Shown: positions 27,820-39,159, counted from the whole stretch's first letter. The stretch is 62,834 bases of DNA, filler included, from Octopus bimaculoides (GCF_001194135.2; 9 parts of 7 records of this genome joined end to end with filler, not necessarily neighbours in it), one strand, 5' to 3'. Notes: generated by a model from the letters alone, not told the origin. Made by a program: numbers and translations.

Positions 27820-28213
27820 ACAACCGGACAACTATCTTCCACAATAGTGTCAAGCCGACCAAAGACTTGTGAGTGGCCTTAGGAGACGGAAAATGAAGAT
27901 GAGAGAAGCCCGTCTTAAATATATATATATATATATATATATATANNNNNNNNNNNNNNNNNNNNNNNNNNNNNNNNNNNNNNNNNNNNNNNNNNNNNNN
28001 NNNNNNNNNNNNNNNNNNNNNNNNNNNNNNNNNNNNNNNNNNNNNNNNNNNNNNNNNNNNNNNNNNNNNNNNNNNNNNNNNNNNNNNNNNNNNNNNNNNN
28101 NNNNNNNNNNNNNNNNNNNNNNNNNNNNNNNNNNNNNNNNNNNNNNNNNNNNNNNNNNNNNNNNNNNNNNNNNNNNNNNNNNNNNNNNNNNNNNNNNNNN
28201 NNNNNNNNNNNNN

Positions 28214-28275
<62 letters not shown>

Positions 28276-28530
28276 GTATGTGTGTATGTGAGTATACGCG
28301 TTTATATGTGTAGGTGTGTATGCCATTCATCTTGTCTGTACTTGACAACTGGTTTTGATTGGTTTGCGTCCACGTAACATAGCGGTTCCACCAAAGAGAG
28401 AGATAGAATAAGTACCAGACTTTAAGAATATATATACGGACAGGCATCGATTTGTTCAACTAAAAAAAGCGTCAAAACAGTACACCAGCATGGCCGCAGT
28501 CCAATCACCGAAACAAGTGAAAGATGAAGA
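27820..28530 (+). mobile_element. SINE family B with greatly expanded internal (TA)n spanning an N gap
   Basis: 5' half (gccgaccaaagacttgtgagtgg...agaagcccgtc) lies before the tract; 3' half (gacaactggt...agaataagtac...ccagcatggccgcagtcc...gaaacaagtgaaag) lies after it. Confidence 0.8.
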
Positions 28531-30497
28531 AACAAAGAAGATATATTTAATATAAGAGACATCAACAATTAATTTCTGTCCAGCCAGTCACAAATGAATT
28601 GAATATAATCTCAGATGATTCTTGTTCTACTTGTCAAACAGTCTAGCATTTTTAACCTTACAGCAACTGTACAATTCACGGCAATGAAAATTTTACATCA
28701 CAAATTTACATTTGATTCCAGTGTTAGCGTCTGTTTAATATTTTTTCTCTTCTCTGCCTCAACAAATGTCTGGATATATTGATTGAAACGCGTTATGTAT
28801 TTATAGAATTTGTGGAATATTTTAAAATATGAAAGTTCTCAAACAAAATTTTACTTGGTGAACTCTGCTAAATCAAAAATTTATCGTAGACATCGTCTTC
28901 TATTGTTTTCCAAGTGACAATACATTTCTAGATTAAACTAAAAATGAAAGAACATATGGGAACATTTAAATATATTCAAATATGTCTGCATATTTACGTT
29001 TGTTATGAACATATGTATATACACAGGTATGTGTGTACATATCTATTTATATATTTGTATGGATATGTTTGTGTCTACACACACTTTCTCTCTCACACAC
29101 ACGTGCATATAAATCAATATATGTATATATATATATATTTACATATTTGATCCTTTATATTGAACACTCAATATTTCATCTACATTCAATACTTTATTTC
29201 ATGGTGCCATCCATTTTTATTTTATTTTATTTAATTTTATATTATATATTGTATATTATATTATATATTGTATATTCTATATTCTATACCCCACATTGGT
29301 CCTGCAGGAATATAAATAAAACATAAAAAACAGACAGTGNNNNNNNNNNNNNNNNNNNNNNNNNNNNNNNNNNNNNNNNNNNNNNNNNNNNNNNNNNNNN
29401 NNNNNNNNNNNNNNNNNNNNNNNNNNNNNNNNNNNNNNNNNNNNNNNNNNNNNNNNNNNNNNNNNNNNNNNNNNNNNNNNNNNNNNNNNNNNNNNNNNNN
29501 NNNNNNNNNNNNNNNNNNNNNNNNNNNNNNNNNNNNNNNNNNNNNNNNNNNNNNNNNNNNNNNNNNNNNNNNNNNNNNNNNNNNNNNNNNNNNNNNNNNN
29601 NNNNNNNNNNNNNNNNNNNNNNNNNNNNNNNNNNNNNNNNNNNNNNNNNNNNNNNNNNNNNNNNNNNNNNNNNNNNNNNNNNNNNNNNNNNNNNNNNNNN
29701 NNNNNNNNNNNNNNNNNNNNNNNNNNNNNNNNNNNNNNNNNNNNNNNNNNNNNNNNATATATATATATATATATATAATCACAGTAAATGTAAATGTGCA
29801 GATGTAGACATGTGCGAATACATATTTTATCACGAGAAACGTAATCACATGACTCGCAAATATTTGCGTAGTTAGGATACTATAGTAACAACTCTCGAAT
29901 CAAACAGAATTTCTTTCACTCTGTTGTTACAATTACACACAAACTGCTGCCTTTTATTCACAATAACTGCCTACGTTTAACATTACAACTATACAAAGAT
30001 TGTTTATTTTCTTGTTATATTAGCATAGCACATTGCGATATCTATTGTTAATTAATAGATTTAACAAGTGTTAAAACCGGACCCTCTTAGGCGTTTCATA
30101 GATTTGAATAAGTTTATGTTTGTTTTAGTGTAACGTTAGTAAGAGTTGGTGCGATTATATGAGGAAATGGAAAGGCGATGCCTGTGAACCTCGCAGAAGT
30201 TGCGTGGCATTCATTACTAATTTGTAGCTTGTTATTATAATCGGTCAAGATTATTCTGGGATTGTTGCTTTTGGCATGAAATCTAAATCAAACATGTACT
30301 CGATTTCCTTATTTAAAGACTCATAACTAAATCAATAGCCCTTACACACACATACACATACACACACACACACACATATATAAATATTCATACACACATA
30401 CATACACACACATACGCGTACATATTTATTAATCTATAGATAGATAGATAGATAGGTAGAAAGAAATAGATAGATAGATAGATAGATAGATAGAAAG

Positions 30498-30540
<43 letters not shown>

Positions 30541-30577
30541 NNNNNNNNNNGACAGACAGACAGACAGACAGACAGAC

Positions 30578-30638
<61 letters not shown>

Positions 30639-30760
30639 GATCGATAGATAGATAGATAAAACCGACTTGGAAAAGGATGTGTGGAGTTCGATCATATAAT
30701 AATATAAATAATATATAAATATATGCACATAGACATACATATATGAATGCATATATACAT

Positions 30761-30818
30761 GTGTTAACAACAAACAAGATGAGGACAAATATCCGTCAAA
30801 TGTAAATAACGTAAATAA
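30761..30818 (+). mobile_element. 3' fragment of the hammerhead-bearing family G element
   Basis: gtgttaacaacaaacaagatgaggacaaatatccgtcaaatgtaaataa matches the post-ribozyme segment at 38807-38866(-) and 39070-39125(+). Confidence 0.85.
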
Positions 30819-32900
30819 AGTTCGAAGACTGCCTTACAAATGCAGAAGAAGTTCTAGTTACATTAGAACAACTTATGGGAAACTTCAATCTGACCAATGT
30901 CGGATGGCCTGAAGGACTTTCTTTCCCAGGAATGGTGCGTTGGGAACAAAGACAAATGAAGTCCCTTCTGAACCTCATCAACACTTTGAACATGGAACAA
31001 ATAGTACTCCAACGAACCTGTGCAGGTAATATCCTGGATCTCTGCTTCACAAATAATATGGATCTCATCCCTAATGTGGAAGTGACACCGACGCTACTCT
31101 CGGATCACATGATAAAGCTGACCATGTACGGAGAAAAGGAAACTATGGATATGCAGCCTACAAGAAACTCTCAAAATCTTTCCAGTTTGAACTTCCATAA
31201 AGTGGAAACAAATTGAGGGAGAAATCCTCAAACAAGACTGGCCTAAATGTCTCTCCTCACCGGACATCGATATGGAACTTCAACAATTCATGTCCGTAAT
31301 GCAAACCATATGCTACAAACGTGTCCCGAAGAAAAAGGCCACAGTGTACAAGGAAAAAATGCCCACGGAGAGGAAAATTGTTATGAGACGGCGTACAAAA
31401 ATTTCAAATCGCTTAAACAAACAAAGTGAAACCAGTGAAAATTCCTGCATGAAAATACAACTACTGCAGATTGAAATAAATCTACAACTCTTCCATGAAA
31501 AAGAAAGAGGAGACAAAGAAGTCTGGGCTATTGACAATATAAAATCTAACCCCAAAGCCTTCTACAAGTTTGTCAAGGAAAGAACCTCAGTGCACTGCTG
31601 GGTAAGGCCACTCCTCGAAAAAGATGGTTCACTCACAGGAAACCCAGGGAGGATAAGTGAAATACTAAATGACCAATTCAAAACTGTTTTCACTCCACAC
31701 CTAGGACATCCAGCTGACTTTTTTTTACCATTGCAGATATAAAAACAGAGGTAGTGTTGATTAGTTACATCAATATAAAACAAGACCATATAGTAATGGC
31801 TATAGATGAAATGAACCCGAACTCAGCTACTGACCCTGATGGATTGCCAGCAATCCTTCTAAAAGCATGTAAGCGAGTCCTAGCAAGACCACTGCAGTCC
31901 CTCTTCCAGAGCTTCCTTGCAACTAGCAATCCAAGCAAATTGAAAGAAGGTAAAATATGCCCTATTCATACAGAAAGTAGCAGAGCAGAAGCCAAAAACT
32001 ACAGAGCTATCTCTCTGACCTCGCACATAGGTAAAGTCATGCCACAAATAGTCAGAAGAAATCAATCACCTTCCTTGAGGAAAATGACTTGCTGACTGAC
32101 ACCCAACATGGTTTCCGACCAGGAAGAAGCTGTCTTACTCAGCTCTTACACCGCTATCAATGGGTGTTGAAACAGCTGCTCAACCACTCAAATATGGATG
32201 TGATAGATCTCGACTTTGCAAAGGCCTTCGATAAAGTCGATCATGAAATGATATGTCAAACTGTGTGATCTCGGCATGGTTAGGAAATTGGGAGAAACAA
32301 TGTTGGTCCTCTGGAGAACATTTGTCCTAAGCCGCTTTGACTATTGATCCCAGCTAGGGTCACCAACCAGTGTAAAATTAATTGCAAAACTTGAGGCAAG
32401 AAGATACCTTTTATGCAGCCTATAAGTTACTGGAAAAGACTCAAGGGATTGAGACTCTATTTCCAAGAGCATAGGAGGGAAAGATATGTCATAATATACA
32501 CCTGGAATGTTCCAGACGGACTTGTCCCAAACTTTGGGACAAGTTCTAATGCTAGAACAGGGCGTCACTCCAGAGTGCCAAAGACTTCAACTTAGCCATC
32601 AAGATATATGACAAGATATTTCAACAGCCTATCTTTGAAGTCCCACAGCTCTTCAATATCCTCCCGATATGGAGTGGATGTAAGTGTCTTCAAAACGAAA
32701 AAAGACGTCTTACTGTCAAGTGTCCCAGATGAACCAACTTCACAGCAGGAAGTGCAGATGAGAACAGCGGCATCAACCTCCCTCATGCACCAAACGTCAA
32801 TTTCTAAAACGAGTAAGTGAAGGGAAAATGACTTGCTTGGGGTACCAAATAGCGGTGTCCCAGCTTGGCCACAGCCCATGAGCTGCAACTAGATCTAAAA
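30819..32900 (+). mobile_element. CR1-clade LINE ORF2 (APE + RT), frameshifted and internally deleted
   Basis: APE motifs MGNFN, NILDLCFTN, LLSDH; RT motifs DPDGLPAILLK, KNYRAISLTSHIGKVM, TQHGFRPGRSCLTQL, DLDFAKAFDKVDH. It then jumps to ETMLVLWRTFVLSRFDY and the same 3' region as the 22130 copy. Confidence 0.93.
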
Positions 32901-32906
32901 TCAAAT

Positions 32907-33020
32907 GAAGCTTTTAGGTGTTTTCGCTCAATAAACACTCATAACGCCAGGTCTGGAAATCGAAACCGCGATCCTACGACCGCGGGTCCGCTACCCTAAC
33001 CACTGGGCCATTGCGCCTCC
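32907..33020 (-). mobile_element. SINE family C, head only
   Basis: Reverse complement ggaggcgcaatggcccagtggttagggtagcggacccgcggtcgtaggatcgcggtttcgatttcc. Confidence 0.88.
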
Positions 33021-33407
33021 GCTATGAAAAGCAATATAATAATGAAATGGAAAGAAATATAAATTCTTCTTATAGTAGATGCCAACTTTTGGAATGGTTT
33101 TTTTCTTTTACTTTGAACTTAGTAAGACAAAATGACAACCTGACAGTTTTGCATTATGTATATTGTAGATGATTCCTTGTTGACATATGAATTCTAATGG
33201 AAATACGCCACTTTCTTTACAGATGTCAAAGGTAATGACATAAATATCCGTGCTGTTCAGGTTTTTAGTAATATTTTTTTATCGCACTGCAGTAGTCAAT
33301 GCCTACACCGAAATTTCTCAGAAATATCGTGAAATCACATTCTTGAGAAGTTATCTGTGTTGCGGTTTGCTCACAAACAAGTTCTGTTTAAAACTACAAT
33401 TGCTTAA

Positions 33408-33829
33408 GCAAGAATGGTTGCGTTGTAAGAAGCTTGCTTCCTAACCACATGGTTCTGGGTTCAATCCCACTGCCTGGCACCTCAGGCAACTGTCTTCTAC
33501 AATAGCTTCGGGCCGACCAAAGCCTTGTGAGTGGATCTGGTAGACGAAACTGAAAGGAGCCCGTCGTATATATACACACATATATATATGTGTGTGCGTG
33601 TGTGTGTCTGTGTCTGTCTGTCTGTCTGTCTGCATTTGTGCCCCTGGCATCGCTTGACAACCGATGTCGGTGTGTTTACCTCCCCGTAATTTAGCTGTTC
33701 GGCAAAAGAAGCCCGACACAATAAGTACTAGGCTTACAAAGAATAAGTTCTGGAGTCGATTTGTTCGACTAAAGGTGATGCACCAGCATGGCCGCATTCA
33801 AAATTACTGCAGCAAATAAGAGAGTAAAA
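33408..33829 (+). mobile_element. SINE family B, full length
   Basis: Head, ggcacctcaggcaactgtcttctac, internal (TA)(TG)(TCTG) tract and tail ggtgatgcaccagcatggccgcattc...agagtaaaa. Confidence 0.92.
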
Positions 33830-33937
33830 TAATGAGCGTCATCGCTATTCGCGGCTGTTTCACTCCTGAAACATTCTTTAATTTGAGGTGGAAAGTAAGA
33901 AGTATGTCATTGTATCATGTGCATCAGTATGGCCGCG

Positions 33938-34151
33938 AGGCGGCGAGATGGCAGAAACGTTGGCACACCGAGCGAAATGTTTAGCGGTATTTCGTTTGTC
34001 TTTACGTTATGAGTTCAAATTCCGCCGAGGTCGACTTTGCCTTTCATCCTTTCGGGGTCGGTAAACTATGTACCAGTTGCGTACTGGAGGTCGAGCTAAT
34101 CGACTGCCCCCTCCCCCAAAATTTCGGGCCTTGTGCTTGGAGTAGAAAAGA
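33938..34151 (+). mobile_element. SINE family A (A1 tail), full length
   Basis: ggcggcgagatggcagaaacgttggc (A box), gagttcaaattcc (B box), central gaggtcgactttgcctttcatcctttcggggtcg, tail cccccaaaatttcgggccttgtgcttggagtagaaaagaat. Confidence 0.92.
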
Positions 34152-34269
34152 ATTTGAGCATCGCTGCCGTTGTTGTTTAATCCATGGATTTACAGTTTTC
34201 CTTTAAGTCTCGAAAATATAATTACAAAAGCTTTTAGAATTTGTCCGGGAAACACTAAATGTTTTATAT

Positions 34270-34750
34270 TTCACTTGTTTTAGTCATTAGATTGTGGCCA
34301 TGCTGGAGTACCACCTTGAAGGATTTTTTAGTCGAATGAATAAAAACGGCACTTGTTTCTTAACGCCTGTAACTTATTCTATTAGTCCTTTTTACTGAAC
34401 TGCTAAGTTACGTGTATATCAGCAGACTAACACTGTGAAGCAGTGGTCGGAGACAGAGCCAAATATACACAAATATATAAATACGATGAAATTCTCTCAG
34501 CGTCCGTCGAACAAATCGACTCAAAAGGCTTTGGTTGACTCGAAGCTTAAAACTGGCACTCTGTCGGTTACAACGACAAGGTTTCCTGTCGATCCGATCA
34601 ACGGATCAGCCTTCTCGTGAAATTAATGTGAAAGTGGATGAGCACTCCCCAGACCGAGACTATAGTAGAAGAAAGTCGACGAAAGTGCTACGCAAAGGAA
34701 CTGAACCCAGAATTATGTGGCTGGGAAGCAAAATTCTTACCACACAGCCA
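34270..34750 (-). mobile_element. Degraded family B SINE containing a nested family D tail (34553-34650)
   Basis: The B sequence is interrupted between ...gactcgaagctta and ccgagactatagtagaag by ggcactctgtcggttacaacgac...gagcactcc. Confidence 0.75.
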
Positions 34751-35933
34751 ATAGATTATATGAATTTTTATCTTATTTTCGGTTGATCGAGTTGGTATGG
34801 TTTTACTCCACCACAAATTATAAGGGGTGGGGAGTTAAACTAACCCAAATATTCAACACTCTCGTTTGCTGCACTCTGTATGCACTTGGTCCTGTTGAGA
34901 CGTATTATTTGAAATTCCGTAACAGAGCAATCCTTGATCAATACATTACTAAGCAATAACTTATAACATGGACAATTTGATACTAGGTACAAGAGAACAC
35001 AATTGTAATTCCACATAAAATTCGTGAATTTCATGAATTTCATTAAATGTACATATTACTTGCTTGCAAGGAGATCGTAATTTGTTTAAAATCAAACGTA
35101 ATAATCTACCAAATCAATACCGTGACCTACTTTTTAGTGTTAGTAGTGCGATTCAGTTGCTTTAAAGTAATTTCTAGAGATCTTCAATAGAATTTAGAGT
35201 CAACACTTAATGTTTCGTACCAATTGTCAGGAATGTGTGTAATATGATTTCATATGTTGGTACAAGGGTTAACCATATTTGTTACATTTAAAATGATTAA
35301 AACTCTTCTCCTTATTAGTTGGACCGTTGCAGCTTTAGGTCTGTTAACATTACAAATTGTGTCACATGTTTCATTAATATTAATGCTAATTTGAAGCAAT
35401 TGTTTACAGTTTGGTCATTATGTAAAATTATTGTAACAATTTGCTGTGTTGTTCACAGACAGGCGGTCTTCTTATGGCAATGAAATATGTCAAAATATTG
35501 GTGACAATAGTTTTTTCTGCTTCCTCTTTGATCAATAAGTCCTGTGGTTTGTACAAGTGCTTCTATTACTGATGTGACAGCACATTAATAAATGCCTTTC
35601 GGGTCTGTATTCAGGATAAGGATGGAGTATTTTATCGTTTGTATCACCGTTTCTTTGTAGCATTCCAGTGACTCTCTTATAATATTCGGTCTGCAAAAAG
35701 CAGGGCAGAGATGATTCAGCTTTTCTCGATACCAAAGCTATATTTTCTTAATTTACCAAACCTTGCTCTAATCATTTATTATGCTACGGCTTGTCTTCAG
35801 TGATGGTACAGGAAGAACGGTTCCAGAAAGCAGCGAGACCAAATAAGCCTAAATATATATGGATAATCCCCAACACTAAATGTATTGTCTTTGTAAATAA
35901 CATAGCTTCTTCAATCACGCTTTTAACTAATTA

Positions 35934-36360
35934 CTTTTTACTCTCTTTCTTTTACTTGTTTCAGTCATTTGACTGCGGCCATGCTGGAGCACCGCTTTTA
36001 GTCGAGCAAATCGACCCCAGGACTTAATCTTTGTAAGCCTAGTACTTATTCTATCGGAATCTTTTGCCGAACCGCTAAGTTACGGGGACGTAAACACCCC
36101 AGCATCGGTTGTCAAGCGATGTTGGGGGAGGCAAACACAGACACACAAACATATACACACACACACACACATACATATACATATACTTATATATATACGA
36201 TGGGCTTCTTTCAGTTTCCGTCTACCAAATCCACTCACAAGGCTTTGGGCGGCCTGAGGCTATCGTAGAAGACACCTGTCCAAGGTGCCACGCAGTGGGA
36301 TTGAACCCGGAACCATGTGGTTCGCAAGCAAGCTGCATACCACACAGCCACTCCTACGCC
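35934..36360 (-). mobile_element. SINE family B, full length, close to the majority sequence
   Basis: All B segments are present in order with few differences from the 51951 copy. Confidence 0.95.
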
Positions 36361-36584
36361 TACTAATCATCATTTTTTTACTCATCCAAATATTTTGGAA
36401 GATACTTGGAAAAAAAAAAAGCGATACAATTCCATCTACAGATTTCAATCGACAACTATTGTTGGATCTGGTGTATGGTATTGCAGGATTCTCATAACGC
36501 AGATCCCTAAATAATGAGTATTCACTTTCAGCCTAGGAACCCTGACAAATTCATTTTTTTACCTCGCTGCTTTAGAGTTTCTTA

Positions 36585-36955
36585 GTAGAGGCGCAATGGC
36601 CCAGTGGTTAGGGCAGCGGACTCGCGGTCGTTGGATCGCGGTTTCGATTCCCAGACCGGGTGTTGTGAATGTTTATTGAGCGAAAACGCCTAAAAGCTCC
36701 ATGAGGCTCCGGCACGGGATGGTGGCGAACCCTGCTGTACTCTTTCACCACAACTTTCTCTTACTTTCTGTTTCTGTTGTACCTGTAATTCAAAGGGTCA
36801 GCCTTGTCACTATGTCATGCTGAATATCCCTGAGAACTATGTTAAGGGTACACGTGTCTGTGGAGTGCTCAGCTACTGGCACGTTAATTTCACGAGCAGG
36901 CTGTTCCGTTGATCGGATCAACTGGAACCCTCGACGTCGTAAGCGACGGAGTGCC

Positions 36956-36985
<30 letters not shown>
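36585..36985 (+). mobile_element. SINE C head + D tail with (AAC)n end and 11-bp TSD
   Basis: agagtttctta occurs at 36574-36584 and 36986-36996 flanking the element. Confidence 0.95.
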
Positions 36986-36986
<1 letters not shown>

Positions 36987-37099
36987 GAGTTTCTTATGAA
37001 CATAATGTATCTTCTGCATGTAATAAAGGATGATATCTAGAATTTATTATCTCTAAAGCATGAATCAAACTAATCACTAGAGACCCACAATTTTTCAAT

Positions 37100-38150
37100 T
37101 GATTTGCTTCATTGGTCTAAAAGTCACCAATCACTTCTTTGTAAATGCACTCGAGGTCCTGCCATATTCTCCAACAAAGTTCGGATGTATTGTTTGGGAA
37201 TTTGCAGTAAGGCCAGGCATTTAACCATCTTTGATAATATATTTGTGAACTTACTTTCTGTTGTCTTCCTCGTAAGTACAAGACGTGATTTTTAATTTTG
37301 AACGGATTGCCGGTAGTTTGAACTCACGTCTCTGTTTTCGCAGATTGCATTATATACCACTTTGTTCTTTATATCAGTGTGCTATGTAGGGAGGGAGGTC
37401 TCATTCATAGCAGTTTGGCTCGAAAATTGATTCGAAAGTAAATCCTTTCTAACATTTTCGATCTTTTTATTCCTTTACCAAATACACACAATCTAATATG
37501 GCTGATATACGAACATCCAAAGATAATATTCTATTTAAGTATTTAAGAACAACAAAAGATTCTATTCTTATGTATTCATATGCAGAACATCAGCGCAAAT
37601 TCATCAATATCAGTTGATTCCTTGGGTTTATCTCCTGTAAATATTAAAAGATTACGAGCATGCGCCAATTCTCTTTTCTGGTCCTCTTTCATATTTGTAA
37701 AAGAGATTAACTTTTCTAAGCAATCCTCTTTAAGTAGATCATAAATCTAGTTCAGCATTTAAAGAATTGCTTTTACCTTAATATCTCGTCGATCACCTCG
37801 CTTTTCACCTTGAAAACCTGGCAGCTTAATCTCATTCTAATGAGAATTTGTTATAAAATGAAATGAAATTATTCCGTACTCATAGAATCTTGAAATACTT
37901 CTCCATATCATCTTCGTGATCCATATACACTCACTGCTAACATGATTTTATTTTCTCCTTTGATTCCAAGTTCCCCAACCACACTGATTGTTTTTGTTTT
38001 GATTTCTTAGTTATATTTACATCGAGTAAGTATTTGTTTTTTCTTCTTTAAACTAATTATTCGTAGTTGAATGTCTTCTTCAGGATTACAATTCTTTGTA
38101 ATTTAGGGAAGTGGAGCAACTCGCTGTCATAGCCCTCCAGTTCTTCGCTT
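37100..38150 (-). mobile_element. Highly degraded LINE ORF2-like remnant (APE-like region)
   Basis: Minus-strand peptides ELEGYDSELLHFPKLQRIVILKK and ISVVGELGIKGENKIMLAVSVYG resemble APE segments (GVAIL.KK, I.VYAP). Many stops. Confidence 0.35.
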
Positions 38151-38293
38151 GTATTATTTTAGCGAAATGATGAAAGACAAAGTTAAAGTCCATGGAATTG
38201 GATCTCTAAACGTAATATATCAGAAGAAATGCCGCTAAGGATTTAGTTCAATGTGCTATTAAATTGTAGTTTTTTTTTCTTGTCCTTTTAAAG

Positions 38294-38583
38294 CCTGGCC
38301 AGGTTCACGGACCCGGTTTCCCGGTTTCTACGGCGTATGTATCCCACCTCAGCTTGACGGGACGCCAGTCCAACGCAGCTTTACTCAAGAAACAGGAAGA
38401 AAGAGTGAGAGAAAGTTGGGGTGAAAGAGTACAACAGGGGTCGCCACCACACCCTGCTAGAGCCTCGTGGAGCTTAAGGTGTTTTCGCTCAGTAAACACA
38501 CACAACGCCCCGGTCTGAGAATCGAAACCGTCATCCTCCGACCGCGAGTCCGCTGCCCTAACCACTGGGCCATTGCGCCTCCA
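38294..38583 (-). mobile_element. SINE family C head with its alternative tail (C2)
   Basis: Same head and body as 14128/36585 but continues cttgagtaaagctgcgttggactggcgtcccgtc...gtagaaaccgggaaaccgggtccgtgaacctggccaggctttaaaagg. Confidence 0.92.
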
Positions 38584-38806
38584 CGTTGAATTATAGTACA
38601 ATTCCAAAATTTGGCACAAGGGCAGTACCTTAATTTATCGAAAGACAAAACTGAACTTGGTGATAATTAAACAGAGCACCTAAAAGGCCGGAAAAATTTA
38701 CGCTAAGCATTTTTTTCCAATGCTCTATCGAACATAGATGGTCGCTGTCCCAACAATAATGATTTCAAATTTTGGAACGAGGCCAGCAATATACAAAGAA
38801 GGGATG

Positions 38807-39058
38807 ATTATTTACATTATTTACATTTTGACGAATTTTTGTCCACATCTTGTGTGTTGTTGACACAACATTTCGGCTGATATACTCTCCATCTTTCATC
38901 AGGTGTCTTGGGGAAATTTCGAACCTGGGTTCTCATTCCTATGGTATTTTTCGATGTTATTATTATTATTATTATTATTCAGATCACTGCCTGTACTCGA
39001 ACTCGGAATCTCGGGGTTAGTAGCCCGCGCTCTTATCCACTACGCCATGTGCTCGTGG
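38807..39058 (-). mobile_element. Family G: tRNA-headed non-autonomous element with Penelope-type 3' end
   Basis: Head ggcgtagtggataagagcgcgggctactaaccccgagattccgagttcgag, then (AAT)n, then the hammerhead motif and a tgtaaataa-repeat tail. Confidence 0.8.
38862..38907 (-). ncRNA. Minimal type I hammerhead ribozyme (decayed copy)
   Basis: GACAC-CUGAUGA-AAGAUGGAGAGUAUAUCAGCC-GAAA-U-GUU-GUGUC. Stem I GACAC/GUGUC pairs perfectly and both core boxes are present. Stem II has two mismatches and the usual GAAAC reads GAAAU. Confidence 0.7.
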
Positions 39059-39069
39059 GCAGTGACCCG

Positions 39070-39153
39070 ACAAACAAGATGAGAACAAATATCTGTCAAA
39101 TGTAAATAATGTAAATAATGTACATAATTCCTCATCTCTTAAATATAGAACTG
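39070..39153 (+). mobile_element. Inverted partial copy of the family G/Penelope-type terminus
   Basis: caaacaagatgagaacaaatatctgtcaaatgtaaataatgtaaataatg is an inverted, slightly diverged copy of 38807-38860. Confidence 0.8.
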
Positions 39154-39159
39154 AAAGAA

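Noticed and set aside
35500-35760. Minus-strand ORF TEYYKRVTGMLQRNGD... after a ttttgcag acceptor
   Set aside because: No strong donor and no recognised family; may be an old transposon.
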